NCBI GenBank assembly: GCA_965277715.1
Contig: OZ255836.1
Span: 2,848,001-2,912,000, forward strand
Reading direction: 5' to 3'
DNA: 64,000 nt
Source of the DNA: Gammaproteobacteria bacterium
GTDB lineage: Bacteria; Pseudomonadota; Gammaproteobacteria; JBCCGL01
Shown here: piece after piece, positions 30,906 through 41,904 of the stretch
How the letters are laid out: each line of letters begins with the position of its first letter
Position numbering within the stretch: the first letter of the stretch is position 1
Made by a program: the position numbers and the translations under genes
Notes under the pieces: generated by a model
Seen by the model: the letters and a program-made list of their open reading frames with translations, nothing else
Databases searched by the model: none
Told to the model about the DNA's origin: nothing

Positions 30906-32948
30906 ATGAACACCAATGACCCCTTGCTGCAACCGTTTACGCTCAAGCATTTGACACTGCGTAATCGTTTGATGACCACGGCCCACGAACCGGCTTATTC
31001 TGAAGATGGTATGCCAAAAAAACGCTATCGGCTGTACCACCAGGAGCGCGCCAAAGGAGGGATCGCGCTGACCATGACGGCAGGCTCTGCGGTGGTATCG
31101 GCAGATTCCCCGGCAGCGTTTGGTAATCTTTTTGCCTATAAGGATGAAATCGTGCCCTGGCTCAGCGAGTTAACCGATGCCTGCCACGCGCACGGCACGG
31201 CGGTGATGATTCAGTTAACCCATTTGGGGCGTCGCTCCGGGTGGAATACGGGCGACTGGCTGCCACTGGTGGCCGCTTCCCGCGTGCGTGAAAGTGCGCA
31301 CCGCAGTTTTCCCAAAGCCGCCGAGGACTGGGATCTGGAGCGTATTGCCAATGATTATGCCGCCGCTGCACAACGCATGGTAGCGGCCGGGCTGGATGGC
31401 TTCGAGATCCAGTGTAACGGTCATTTACCCGACGGATTTTGGTCACCGGCGACCAATCACCGCAATGATCAATACGGCGGCAGTCTGGAAAACCGCACTC
31501 GCTTTACCCGGCAAATACTCGAAAAAATCCGCCACACCATCGGCCCTGAGTTTATCGTGGGCGTGCGCATGACATTCGATGAGTACTGGCCACAGGGGTT
31601 TGATCAGGCAGAGGGGCGACGGATTGCACAGGTCCTGCTCGACTCCGGACAGGTCGATTTTATTAATGTCATCCGTGGTCGCATCGAAAGCGAGGCGGCG
31701 TTGCTCGATCAGTTTCCCGGCCACGGGATGCGCCGTGCGCCGGATCTGAATTTTGCTGGCGAGGTGCGCCAACAGTTTTCCGTGCCGACTTTTCACGCCA
31801 CCGGCATCAACGATATCGCCACCGCACGCCACGCCATTGCTGAGGGAAAACTGGATATGGTTGGCATGGTGCGGGCGCATATCGCCGACCCGCATATCGT
31901 GCAAAAAATCATCGGGCAGCGTGAGCATGAAATCCGCCCTTGTGTCGGTGCCACGTATTGCCTCGATCGCATCTACGAAAATGGCGAGGCCCTGTGTATT
32001 CACAACGCCGCCACCGGGCGCGAGGCCAGTATGCCGCAAACCATCGCGGTAAGCGGTGGCCACAAAAAACACATCGTCGTCGTCGGCGCAGGCCCAGCGG
32101 GTCTGGAGGCGGCCAAGGTTGCCGCAGAGCGCGGGCACCAGGTGACGTTGCTTGAAGCCGCCGCGCAAACCGGCGGGCAACTACAACTCATTGCCCGCAG
32201 TCAGCGCCGCGCCGAGTTGTTAGGTATCACTACCTGGCGTACAGCCATGTGTGAATCGCTGGGTGTCGATATGCGTTTCAATCTGTACGCTGAGGTCGAC
32301 GATGTACTCGCGTTTGAGCCGGATATTGTGGTCATCGCCACAGGCGGGGTGCCGGATACGGAAATCCTCCCCTCTGGCAATCAGTGGGCAGTATCCAGTT
32401 GGGACATTATCGCGGGGGATGTGACACCCAAAGCCACTGTACTAGTGTATGACGACAACGGCGGTCACCCCGGTATGCAGGCCGCTGAGATGCTCGCCGA
32501 GGCAGGCTCGGCGCTGGAGATTGTGACGCCTGAGCGGTTTTTTGCCCCTGAAATTGGGGGTATTAACCACGTTGCCTATGCGCGTGCGTTTCAAAAGCAC
32601 CAGGCGGTTATCACCCTCAGTCGGCGGGTAGTACGTGTAGAGCCTGAGGGCGATCAACTGCGCGTATCGCTGGCCAGTGATTACGGTGACTTTCCCGATT
32701 CCCGTCTGGTTGATCAGTTGGTTGTAGAGCACGGTACGCTGCCGAATGATGCGCTGTATTTTGGGTTGAAAGCCGGTTCGGTTAATGGGGGTGAAGTTGA
32801 CTACCAGGCCTTGATTCAGGGTGAAGCACAAACGGTTGTACGCAATCCGCAGGGCAAATATCAGTTATTTCGGATTGGCGATGCGGTTGCCAGCCGCAAT
32901 ATTCATGCTGCGGTTTACGACGCGTTGCGGCTGGTCAAGAATTTTTGA
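30906..32948 (+). CDS. NADH:flavin oxidoreductase, N-methylproline demethylase (StcD/HpbA)-like
   Basis: DPLLQPFTLKHLTLRNR, HEPAYSEDGMPK, CVGATYC, GAGPAG, SRNIHAAVYDALR. Confidence 0.8.
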   Translation: MNTNDPLLQPFTLKHLTLRNRLMTTAHEPAYSEDGMPKKRYRLYHQERAKGGIALTMTAGSAVVSADSPAAFGNLFAYKDEIVPWLSELTDACHAHGTAVMIQLTHLGRRSGWNTGDWLPLVAASRVRESAHRSFPKAAEDWDLERIANDYAAAAQRMVAAGLDGFEIQCNGHLPDGFWSPATNHRNDQYGGSLENRTRFTRQILEKIRHTIGPEFIVGVRMTFDEYWPQGFDQAEGRRIAQVLLDSGQVDFINVIRGRIESEAALLDQFPGHGMRRAPDLNFAGEVRQQFSVPTFHATGINDIATARHAIAEGKLDMVGMVRAHIADPHIVQKIIGQREHEIRPCVGATYCLDRIYENGEALCIHNAATGREASMPQTIAVSGGHKKHIVVVGAGPAGLEAAKVAAERGHQVTLLEAAAQTGGQLQLIARSQRRAELLGITTWRTAMCESLGVDMRFNLYAEVDDVLAFEPDIVVIATGGVPDTEILPSGNQWAVSSWDIIAGDVTPKATVLVYDDNGGHPGMQAAEMLAEAGSALEIVTPERFFAPEIGGINHVAYARAFQKHQAVITLSRRVVRVEPEGDQLRVSLASDYGDFPDSRLVDQLVVEHGTLPNDALYFGLKAGSVNGGEVDYQALIQGEAQTVVRNPQGKYQLFRIGDAVASRNIHAAVYDALRLVKNF

Positions 32949-33120
32949 TCCGTGGTTATAGCCAATCTTCTGTGAGTACTGGCTCCTGGCGATCAGGTCC
33001 ACAATATGGGTTTTGGTGCTGGCAACAGAAACAGGTATTGCATTCATTCGTACGATAACTCATACCATTATTAATGGGCGGTTATGACCTTTTTGACCAA
33101 ACTATCAAGCTAAAAATAGC

Positions 33121-33540
33121 TTACTGTGTCGTACTTTCACCCTCTTTAAGTAAGCCCTCCCACTTTGCCTTGTTATCACTACTTGGGGAAATATTGGCGC
33201 GCTGTGGGTATAAACGCTGGGTTAGGTCAGCGACTGCACTGACAAACAGGGTGCGCCGACTGCCACTGCAGTAATTATCCAGCCAGTTAAGAATTTCATT
33301 ACTGCCACGCTCCCCGGTGATGTCGTAGGTATTATTGACGATAACGTTAAACGCCGAGAAATAGGCAAAGACCCAATCGGTGTATTGTTGCGTCTCGACC
33401 GGGCCTTGTCGGCGCGATGTGAGGTAGTCCCCGCAATTTTGCGCACCTGCACCAAAAACGGCGTGTTCACCGTCAAAATCCTTGGCATCGATCAGTGTCA
33501 AAGGGCTGCACAGTACAAGCAATAGAATCAGTGATTTCAT
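33121..33540 (-). CDS. Small secreted protein with two Cys (HdeA/Rap1a-like pattern)
   Basis: Signal peptide; GAGAQNCGDY...WLDNYC. Confidence 0.55.
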   Translation of the reverse strand: MKSLILLLVLCSPLTLIDAKDFDGEHAVFGAGAQNCGDYLTSRRQGPVETQQYTDWVFAYFSAFNVIVNNTYDITGERGSNEILNWLDNYCSGSRRTLFVSAVADLTQRLYPQRANISPSSDNKAKWEGLLKEGESTTQ

Positions 33541-33584
33541 GCGCGACTTAACGGCACCGCTGGGGCAATCTTTAGCCTCAGCTT

Positions 33585-34631
33585 TTAGTCACGCATAAAA
33601 ACCACCAGGTGATCCAGCTCCAGGCGTATACCAATGCGCTCGCCAATTGCGTGGTTGTGATGGCTGGGTGCCAAACACATCACCCGCGTGGCACCTGGCA
33701 ACAACAGGGTGTAGAGGTGGTCTGCACCGCGAAAGGATTTTTTTTCCACCGTTGCCATTTGTGGGCTGAGGTCATCGTGAAGAATATCGTCGGGGCGAAC
33801 CAATAGCTCGACTTCAGTGCCCACCGGGTAGGCGGTGGATATTTCCCCGCTGACGATGCCCAGCTCGGTTTGCAACTGCATTTCGTTGAGCACACTGCCA
33901 CAAACAAATACGCCCTGACCGATAAAATCAGCGACGAAACGGCTCCCGGGGCGGTGGTACAAATCGTAGGCGCTATCCCATTGGTAGAGCGCACCGGCGT
34001 TAATAACACCAATCACATCGGCAAAGGCAAACGCCTCTAACTGATCGTGGGTAACCAGCAGCGCGGTGATGCCATCATGGCGTAAAATTTCGCTGACCTC
34101 ACGCGCCAGTTGTTCACGCAGCTCGATGTCCTGACCGCTAAAGGGTTCATCCAGCAGCAGTACATCGGGGCTCGGTGCCATCGAGCGAATCAGTGCTATG
34201 CGTTGCTGTTGACCGCCGGATAGCTGGTGCGGATAGCTGTCGCGGTAGGCACTTAAACCGACCAGGGCGAGTAGCTCGTCAACCCGGGCGTTGCGTTGCT
34301 GGGCGGAATAGTGGCGAATACCAAAGCCCACATTGGCCGCTACAGACAGATGGGGAAACAGCGCCAGATCCTGAAATACCATACCAATATTGCGGTGTTC
34401 CGGGGGCAATAGGTGCTCATGGCTGGCGATTGGTCGGTTGCGTAAGTGAATGCTGCCCTCGCTGGGCTGTTCAAAACCGGCGATGGTGCGTAACAGGGTG
34501 GTTTTACCGCAGCCACTGGGGCCAAGCAAACTGCCAATCTGACCGCTGTTCAGTGTGAAACTGATGTTTTCGACGATGCGTTGGCCATCGAGGTCAACGC
34601 TGATGCCGTTCAGTGTTAAGTGTGCTTTCAT
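33585..34631 (-). CDS. fbpC: Fe3+ ABC transporter ATP-binding subunit
   Basis: GPSGCGKT, LSGGQQQR, TOBE-like tail; operon context. Confidence 0.85.
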   Translation of the reverse strand: MKAHLTLNGISVDLDGQRIVENISFTLNSGQIGSLLGPSGCGKTTLLRTIAGFEQPSEGSIHLRNRPIASHEHLLPPEHRNIGMVFQDLALFPHLSVAANVGFGIRHYSAQQRNARVDELLALVGLSAYRDSYPHQLSGGQQQRIALIRSMAPSPDVLLLDEPFSGQDIELREQLAREVSEILRHDGITALLVTHDQLEAFAFADVIGVINAGALYQWDSAYDLYHRPGSRFVADFIGQGVFVCGSVLNEMQLQTELGIVSGEISTAYPVGTEVELLVRPDDILHDDLSPQMATVEKKSFRGADHLYTLLLPGATRVMCLAPSHHNHAIGERIGIRLELDHLVVFMRD

Positions 34632-36355
34632 CGATTTTTATTGTGGTGGTGCCCGGCACGCGAACGCGCAATGGCGATACTTAGCAGGATAACCGGAATA
34701 ATACCTACCGCGACGATAGCCAATGCAGCGGTTGATGCATCAGCCAAACGCTCGTCAGAGGCGAGCTCATAAGCGCGCACAGACAGGGTGTTGAAATTAA
34801 ACGGGCGCAACACCAGTGTGGCGGGCAGTTCTTTAAGCACATCGACAAACACAATCACCACCGCTGTCAGTAAGCTGGCGCGCATCATCGGCAGGTGCAC
34901 CGAGCGTAACACCTGGGCGCTGGACTGCCCCATTGAGCGCGCCGCCTCGTCCATCGAACCTTTGATTTTCCCCAGCCCGGCCTCAACGGTTTGCAGCGAT
35001 ACGGCTAAAAACCGCACGGTGTAGGCAAACAACAGGATAAACACCGTGCCGCTCAACATCAGCCCACTACTGATCGAAAAGGTCTCGCGCAACCAGGCAT
35101 CGATGGCGTTATCGAAAGCGCCAAAGGGAATCAAGACACCGACGGCAATCACCGTACCGGGAATCGCGTACCCCATCAACGCCAGCCGTGAAAAAAAATG
35201 CATCAACGCCGATGGTTGTATGCGGTTACCGTAGGCCAGTAACAACGCGGGAACCAGCGCCACCAGCGCCGCAATACCGGCGAGTGAAAAACTGTTAATG
35301 ACCAGCTTGATAAAACTGGCGTCAACCATTTCTGCCCAGGTCCATATCGCCCACTGCACCAACTGCGCAAGCGGCACGATAAACCCCAGCAGCAGGGGTA
35401 TAAAACAGGCGATAGTCGCCAACCACGCCTTGGCGAGTGACAGGCGCACCGCTGGCAGTGCCTGGTAGCGATTACTGGTGTGGTGAAAGCGCGCCCGCCT
35501 GCGCGACCAGCGCTCCAGCGCGATCAGTGCAAACACAAACAGCATTAATACCGCCGAGAGCTGTGCGGCAGCCACCGCATCGTACATACCAAACCAGGTG
35601 CGGAAGATGCCCGTGGTAAAGGTGGCCACACCAAAGTATTCAACGGTGCCAAAGTCGGCCAGGGTTTCCATTAGCGCCAGTGATAAACCGGCGGCAATCG
35701 CCGGGCGGGCCAGTGGCAGGGCCACGCTCCAAAAGCTGCGCCAGGGACCACAGCCCAGTGTGCGGCTGGCTTCCAGCACGCACACCGATTGTTCAATAAA
35801 TGCCGCACGCGCCAGTAGGTAAACGTAAGGGTATAGCACCAGCGAAAACATCGCGATAGCCCCCCACAGCGAGCGCACATCGGGAAACCAGTAGTCGCCG
35901 TACTGCATATCAAACCAGGCGCGCAGCCCGGTCTGCACTGGCCCGCTGGCTTCGAGCATACCGGTGTAGGTGTAGGCGATGATATACGCAGGCATCGCCA
36001 GCGGCAAAAGCTGTGCCCAGATCAAAAACCCCCTGCCGGGAAAGCGGTACATGCTGGTCAGCCAGGCAGTGGTTACGCCAATGCTACCAGCGCCCAGTGC
36101 CACACCGAACATCAACAGCAAGGAGTTGTTGATGTAGTCGATTAATACGGTATCAGTCAGGTGTGACCAGTTCTCGCTGGCGGGGGCAAACAGGAATGCC
36201 AGGATAGTAAAAACAGGTGTCAGGATAATCAGCGCGGAGAGCAGGCCGGATACTGTCCACAGCGTTGGCGCCCGCCATTTGGGGCGAGCGCGGTATAGCC
36301 GTGCTACGGTATAACCGACGGTCACCTGCGCTTCATTTCCAACCGGCCCGGTCAA
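34628..36355 (-). CDS. fbpB: Fe3+ ABC transporter permease
   Basis: Duplicated EAA motifs, LKELPATLVLRPFNF. Confidence 0.88.
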   Translation of the reverse strand: MTGPVGNEAQVTVGYTVARLYRARPKWRAPTLWTVSGLLSALIILTPVFTILAFLFAPASENWSHLTDTVLIDYINNSLLLMFGVALGAGSIGVTTAWLTSMYRFPGRGFLIWAQLLPLAMPAYIIAYTYTGMLEASGPVQTGLRAWFDMQYGDYWFPDVRSLWGAIAMFSLVLYPYVYLLARAAFIEQSVCVLEASRTLGCGPWRSFWSVALPLARPAIAAGLSLALMETLADFGTVEYFGVATFTTGIFRTWFGMYDAVAAAQLSAVLMLFVFALIALERWSRRRARFHHTSNRYQALPAVRLSLAKAWLATIACFIPLLLGFIVPLAQLVQWAIWTWAEMVDASFIKLVINSFSLAGIAALVALVPALLLAYGNRIQPSALMHFFSRLALMGYAIPGTVIAVGVLIPFGAFDNAIDAWLRETFSISSGLMLSGTVFILLFAYTVRFLAVSLQTVEAGLGKIKGSMDEAARSMGQSSAQVLRSVHLPMMRASLLTAVVIVFVDVLKELPATLVLRPFNFNTLSVRAYELASDERLADASTAALAIVAVGIIPVILLSIAIARSRAGHHHNKNR

Positions 36356-37373
36356 AGGTGCGCACGGCCTCGGCGTTGTGCGCGCCCAGCTTACCGATAT
36401 TCAGCGCGTCAGACTTAAACGGAAAGCCCCAGCTTGCGACAATCTCACTGACGGCAACACCGTCGACCACCGGGTACTCGTGGTTAGCCTGTGCGTACCA
36501 GGCCTGTGCCGCGTCACTGGCCAGAAATTCGAGCAGGCGCACGGCGTTATCCCGATGCTTTGCCCCTTTGATTACGCCTGCACCGCTGACATTCATATGC
36601 GCGCCACGCCCCGCCTGATTAGGGAAAAATACCGCCACTTTGGCGGCGGCCTCGCGTTGACCGTCGTCCTTGTTGGCCGTTTGCATTTTGCCCAGGTAGT
36701 AGGTATTGGCGATAGCAATATCGCACTCACCCACCGCCACGGCCTTTATCTGTGCACGGTCATTGCCTTTTGGTGTGCGCGCCATATTGGCGACAATACC
36801 ACGCGCCCAGTCTTCTGCGGCAGGTGTGCCGTTGTTGGCAATCATCGAGGCCAAAAGGGATTGATTGTAGATATTCCCCGATGAGCGAATGCAGATTTTG
36901 CCCTGCCAACGCGCATCGGTCAGCGCTTCATAGGTAGACAAATGTGCCGGGGCAACACGCTCCAGGCTGTAAATAATCGCCCGTGATCGTGCTGAAAGGG
37001 CAAACCAGGTATTGTCTTCATCGCGGTAGTGTTGAGGAATTTGTGACTGCAGTATGGGGCTGCTGACAGCCTGAAAGAGACCCGCCGCTTTGGCTGCATG
37101 CAGTCGACCGGCATCGACCGTCAGGAGTACATCAGCCGGGGTGTTAGCCCCTTCGCTTTGTAGGCGTTTGATCAATGCACCCGCCTTGCCAGTGACCAGA
37201 TTGACGGTGATACCCGTCTCCTGACTAAACTGGTCTAACAATGGTTTAATCAGTTTTTCATTGCGGGCGGAGTAAATATTCACTTCATTGGCTGCCCGTG
37301 CTGGCTGTGCCAGTGCCGTCAATACAAGGGAGAAAAGAAAGGCGGCACAGAAGCCATATTGAGTGCATCTCAT
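36333..37373 (-). CDS. fbpA: Fe3+ ABC transporter substrate-binding protein
   Basis: VNIYSAR, NIYNQSL, ANTYYLG (FutA/FbpA-type Tyr ligands). Confidence 0.88.
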   Translation of the reverse strand: MRCTQYGFCAAFLFSLVLTALAQPARAANEVNIYSARNEKLIKPLLDQFSQETGITVNLVTGKAGALIKRLQSEGANTPADVLLTVDAGRLHAAKAAGLFQAVSSPILQSQIPQHYRDEDNTWFALSARSRAIIYSLERVAPAHLSTYEALTDARWQGKICIRSSGNIYNQSLLASMIANNGTPAAEDWARGIVANMARTPKGNDRAQIKAVAVGECDIAIANTYYLGKMQTANKDDGQREAAAKVAVFFPNQAGRGAHMNVSGAGVIKGAKHRDNAVRLLEFLASDAAQAWYAQANHEYPVVDGVAVSEIVASWGFPFKSDALNIGKLGAHNAEAVRTFDRAGWK

Positions 37374-37438
37374 GGTGTCTCCAATAATAGACAGTTATTG
37401 AATGTAGAGAAAGTATAACTAAAGTAAAACTTATTGCA

Positions 37439-37457
37439 AATGATAAACATTATCATT
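37439..37457. promoter_or_regulatory. Fur box
   Basis: AATGATAAACATTATCATT palindrome upstream of the iron transporter. Confidence 0.8.
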
Positions 37458-37547
37458 CGTATTAATATTTAATAACAAGCCTACCCATGCGGCGGCCTAC
37501 AGGCTAATATGCCGCTATTTTCCGCCCATTCCGCAGTAACGTTTTAA

Positions 37548-37718
37548 CCTAAATTCCGCAGTTGAATCGTAGCGAGGGCGTCTAAGGGGCTGAAGATGAA
37601 GTGTTTTTACCAGAATTTTAGCAATCCTTGATTCTACAGGTGAACCTGAAATGCTGGTAAAAGCGCTTTAGATTCAATGCATTAGGTGCTCGCAGTAGAT
37701 TCAACTGAGGAATTTAGG
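37548..37718. mobile_element. 171-bp palindromic MITE with IS1380-like ends
   Basis: TIRs CCTAAATTCCGCAGTTGAATC / GATTCAACTGAGGAATTTAGG; 5-bp TSD TTTAA. Confidence 0.8.
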
Positions 37719-37722
37719 TTTA

Positions 37723-40614
37723 ATGGCATCCACAACAACACTCCCCCCTCCAATACAGCAACTTGCCGAGGCTCGCTTACAACGCATTGTCGACGCGGCA
37801 GACCATGCAGGCATTGATATGGGTGATCGGCACGCGCTAAAACCCGCGCTACCCGTACTTGCCTATAGTGAATTTGTAACCCGTATCTGCTCCCGGGAGC
37901 CTGCACTGTTGTTGCAGTGCCTCGCCAATACGGCGCCTTTACCCTGTACTTACCCTCAACTGCTTAGCGATACATTGTCGGGGGCACATGATGACCACAG
38001 TGCCAAAGCCAGGTTAAGACAGTTGCGCAACCGCGAAATGGTGCGGATTGCCTGGGTTGACCTATCCGGGCAATGCGCTATTGATAATGTACTGGCCGCC
38101 ACCAGCGCGCTCGCCGAGGCGATCATCGATGGCACATTGGCACACCTCTACACACAAATGTGCACACAGTGGGGTACACCACGCAATGCCGGGGGACAGA
38201 CACAGCAATTGGTGGTGTTAGGGATGGGCAAACTGGGAGGGGGGGAGTTGAATTTTTCCTCTGATATCGACTTGATCTTCGCCTTTGCCGATAACGGCCA
38301 ATGTGACGGCGGCAAAGCGCTCGACAACCGGGAATTTTTTACCCGCCTGGGGCAGCGTTTGATCACTATGCTCAACGATATAAGCGCGGATGGTTTTGTC
38401 TACCGCGTCGATATGCGTTTGCGCCCATTTGGTGATGTGGGGCCGCTGGCGGTCAGCTTCGATGCCCTGGAAAACTATTTCCAGACACACGGGCGGGAAT
38501 GGGAGCGCTACGCGATGGTTAAAGCGCGGGTTGTCGCCGGTGACCAGCAGGCGGGCAGCCAGCTATTATCGATTCTAAAGCCCTTTATATACCGCCGTTA
38601 CATGGATTACGGCGCGATAGAATCGCTGCGCGAACTAAAGATAAAGATAGCCGGTGAGGTTGCGCGCAAAGGTATGCAGGGCAATATTAAGCTCGGCCCA
38701 GGTGGTATTCGTGAAATTGAGTTTATCGCCCAGGTGTTTCAACTGATCCACGGCGGTCAGAATGCGGCGCTACAAACCCGTTCATTGATTGATGCGGTCG
38801 AACACGTATCAAACGCCGGTCATTTACAGCCACACCAGGCGGCGACGCTGTTATCGGCCTATCGGTTTTTGCGCCGTCTGGAGAACCGCCTGCAAATGCA
38901 CAATGACGAACAGATACACAGCCTGCCCGCGTCGGCGGAGGCACGCGTATCACTTGCCCTATCAATGGGTTTCACGGGTATAGCGGATTTCGGGCAGGCA
39001 TTGAGCCGACACACTGAGGCGGTCGAGCAGCTTTTCCAGTCGGTCTTTAAAGTAGACACTGCACAGGCGGGAACGCCCAGTGAACTGACCGCAGTCTGGC
39101 AGAACAGTGATACAGACAGCACCGCTATAGCCACACTCACCAGGGTAGGGTTTCACCACCCACAGCAGGCGTTTGACAGTCTACAAACCTTAAAGCGCAG
39201 CCGCTTTTATCACAACCTCAGCACACGGGCGCGCACCCGCCTGGATGCGTTGCTGCCCCGTGCGCTGGGCCATGTCGTTGAGCAGGATAACCCCGATGTT
39301 ACATTGCGGCGTTTATTGGGTTTATTACGTGCTATTGCCGGTCGTAGTGTGTACTTGGCCATGCTACTGGAAGTGCCTGCCTCGCTGGTGCACCTGATTG
39401 ACCTGTTATCGGCTAGCGCCTGGGTAGCTGAGTTTGTCACCCGTCACCCACTGGTGATTGACGAACTGCTCGACCCGTCACCACCAGCACAATGCCCGGA
39501 TTATACCGGCCTGGAAAATATGGCCCGCCAGTCGTTGCGACGCCTGCCAGACAATGGTCTGGGCGAGCGCATGGATGCCCTGCGCCGCTACCAGCAAACA
39601 CAGATGTTGCGCATTGTCAGCGCTGACCTCGATGGTGTGTTTACGGTAACGGAGGTTAGCGAACACTTGAGTTGTCTGGCACAGGCACTGTTGCAGGTGG
39701 CGTCTGATGTAACCTGGGATGAGCTGGTAGCGCGCTATGGGCGGCCAACCTGCCGGGTGAATGGCCAGCTACGGCGGCCTGGCTTCGGCATCGTCGCCTA
39801 TGGCAAGCTCGGGGGTATGGAGCTTGGCTATGGCTCGGATCTCGACATCGTTTTTCTACACGAAAGCGAAGGCAGTCAACAACAAACCGATGGCGCCCAG
39901 GTGGTCGATAACGCCGTATTTTTTGCCCGCCTGGCGCAAAAGCTGGTGCACTTTATCAGCACCCTGACCCCGGCGGGGGTGCTCTATGATGTCGATACAC
40001 GGCTGCGGCCAAACGGTGCATCCGGCTTATTGGTTAGCCGTATCGATGCCTTCGCAGAATACCAGCTCAAGCAGGCCTGGACATGGGAACACCAGGCACT
40101 GGTGCGCGCCCGCATGGTCGTGGGCAGCAGGAGACTGCAGCAGCGCTTTGCAGCGATACGCCAACAGGTATTGCAGCTACCGCGTGACCGCCGTCAACTG
40201 GGGCACGATGTTGCCGCCATGCGCAAGCGTATGTTTGATCAATTATGTAAAGGTAATGAGCGCTTATTTGATATTAAACAGGATCGTGGAGGTGTCGCTG
40301 ATATTGAGTTTATGGTTCAATATCTGGTTCTTGCCTGGGTACAGCAGTATCCGGTGTTAGCGCAGTATACCGACAACCTTCGCCTGCTCGAATTTATCGG
40401 TACCCAGCAGATCATCGAACGCGAACAGGCAGAAAAACTGGCACAATCCTACCTGACACTGCGCAACGGCATTCATCGCCGGGTATTGCAGGGTGAACCG
40501 GGCGTAATCGAGCGGGCAGACGCTGATACAGCGCTCATCGACGGGGTTGTGGAAATATGGCAAACAGTCATGCCGACTGTGGATGCACCCGTAAATTCGC
40601 CTGGCAAAGACTGA
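37723..40614 (+). CDS. glnE: Glutamine synthetase adenylyltransferase
   Basis: Two NT domains (GMGKLGGGELNFSSDIDL, YGKLGGMELGYGSDLD). Confidence 0.96.
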   Translation: MASTTTLPPPIQQLAEARLQRIVDAADHAGIDMGDRHALKPALPVLAYSEFVTRICSREPALLLQCLANTAPLPCTYPQLLSDTLSGAHDDHSAKARLRQLRNREMVRIAWVDLSGQCAIDNVLAATSALAEAIIDGTLAHLYTQMCTQWGTPRNAGGQTQQLVVLGMGKLGGGELNFSSDIDLIFAFADNGQCDGGKALDNREFFTRLGQRLITMLNDISADGFVYRVDMRLRPFGDVGPLAVSFDALENYFQTHGREWERYAMVKARVVAGDQQAGSQLLSILKPFIYRRYMDYGAIESLRELKIKIAGEVARKGMQGNIKLGPGGIREIEFIAQVFQLIHGGQNAALQTRSLIDAVEHVSNAGHLQPHQAATLLSAYRFLRRLENRLQMHNDEQIHSLPASAEARVSLALSMGFTGIADFGQALSRHTEAVEQLFQSVFKVDTAQAGTPSELTAVWQNSDTDSTAIATLTRVGFHHPQQAFDSLQTLKRSRFYHNLSTRARTRLDALLPRALGHVVEQDNPDVTLRRLLGLLRAIAGRSVYLAMLLEVPASLVHLIDLLSASAWVAEFVTRHPLVIDELLDPSPPAQCPDYTGLENMARQSLRRLPDNGLGERMDALRRYQQTQMLRIVSADLDGVFTVTEVSEHLSCLAQALLQVASDVTWDELVARYGRPTCRVNGQLRRPGFGIVAYGKLGGMELGYGSDLDIVFLHESEGSQQQTDGAQVVDNAVFFARLAQKLVHFISTLTPAGVLYDVDTRLRPNGASGLLVSRIDAFAEYQLKQAWTWEHQALVRARMVVGSRRLQQRFAAIRQQVLQLPRDRRQLGHDVAAMRKRMFDQLCKGNERLFDIKQDRGGVADIEFMVQYLVLAWVQQYPVLAQYTDNLRLLEFIGTQQIIEREQAEKLAQSYLTLRNGIHRRVLQGEPGVIERADADTALIDGVVEIWQTVMPTVDAPVNSPGKD

Positions 40615-40646
40615 TAATAACGACTGAATAACGAAGGGGCAAAGTA

Positions 40647-41567
40647 ATGTCGATGGCTGATCGCGATGGCTTAATCTGGTTTGATGGGGCGTTTGTTCCC
40701 TGGCGTGAGGCGCAGGTTCATGTGCTCACGCACACACTGCATTATGGCATGGGTGTATTTGAAGGCGTGCGCGCCTATGAAACCGCGCGCGGCCCGGCCA
40801 TCTTCCGCTTGCAGGATCACACCAAACGCTTTTTAAACTCGGCCAAAATCATGCACATGGATTTACCCTGGGATGCCGATGCCCTCAACCAGGCCCAACG
40901 GGAAGCGGTGCGCGTGAACAACTTATCATCCTGCTATATCCGCCCGATGGCCTTCTACGGCAGTGAAGGTATGGGGCTGCGCGCCGATAACCTCAGCGTA
41001 CACTGCATTATTGCCGCCTGGGAGTGGGGGGCGTATTTAGGTGACGATGGGCTGAACAAAGGCATCCGCATCAAAACATCCTCCTACACACGCCACCACC
41101 CCAATATCTCCATGTGCCGCGCCAAGGCTAACGGCCAGTACATCAATTCAATGTTGGCGTTGCGTGAGGCGCTAACCGATGGCTACGATGAAGCCTTGTT
41201 GTTGGATGTCGACGGCTATGTGGCCGAGGGCAGCGGCGAGAACTTTTTCATCGTCCAGGATGGCACCATCTACACCCCTGACGTCGCCTCCGCGCTGGAT
41301 GGCATCACCCGCCGCTCGGTCATTACCCTGGCCCAGGATTTAGGGCTCACTGTAAAAGAGAAACGTATCACCCGTGATGAAGTGTACGTCTGTGATGAAG
41401 CATTTTTTACCGGCACTGCCGCAGAGGTAACCCCCATCCGCGAGCTGGATAACCGCCCTATCGGTAGCGGTACACGCGGCCCGATTACCGCGCAACTGCA
41501 AGCCCTGTTTTTCGACCAGGTACAGGGTAAGCGTAGCGAGTACCCACAGTGGCTAGATTATATCTAG
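40647..41567 (+). CDS. ilvE: Branched-chain amino acid aminotransferase
   Basis: LHYGMGVFEG, EGSGEN, FFTGTAAEVTP. Confidence 0.96.
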   Translation: MSMADRDGLIWFDGAFVPWREAQVHVLTHTLHYGMGVFEGVRAYETARGPAIFRLQDHTKRFLNSAKIMHMDLPWDADALNQAQREAVRVNNLSSCYIRPMAFYGSEGMGLRADNLSVHCIIAAWEWGAYLGDDGLNKGIRIKTSSYTRHHPNISMCRAKANGQYINSMLALREALTDGYDEALLLDVDGYVAEGSGENFFIVQDGTIYTPDVASALDGITRRSVITLAQDLGLTVKEKRITRDEVYVCDEAFFTGTAAEVTPIRELDNRPIGSGTRGPITAQLQALFFDQVQGKRSEYPQWLDYI

Positions 41568-41611
41568 ACATAATATATCGACCTGCTCACCCTCAAAGTC
41601 CGTGGGTTACC

Positions 41612-41659
41612 CTAGACCTCATGTATTAACTTGCACACAAGTCAATACATGAGGTCTAG
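41612..41659. repeat. 48-bp palindromic element, copy 2
   Basis: CTAGACCTCATGTATTAACTTGCACACAAGTCAATACATGAGGTCTAG. Confidence 0.88.
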
Positions 41660-41904
41660 CCAGGCTGGAATATTGCCTTGCTAATCAATACAGGTGTACG
41701 CCAACTGTTTCTGTAGAAAGTAGGTTGACGCTAATTGCTGGTAGTATAGGGTTGTGCATTGGCGTGAAGAGGCTCTAGCTGGAATAGAGGAGCGTATACA
41801 GTGTGCTAAACTCACCGCATAAATTTGATTTGTTTGTAAAAAATATCCTTACTCAAGAATACCCAGTACACCGTAATCGATTAGAGTAAAACCGGAATAT
41901 AGCG

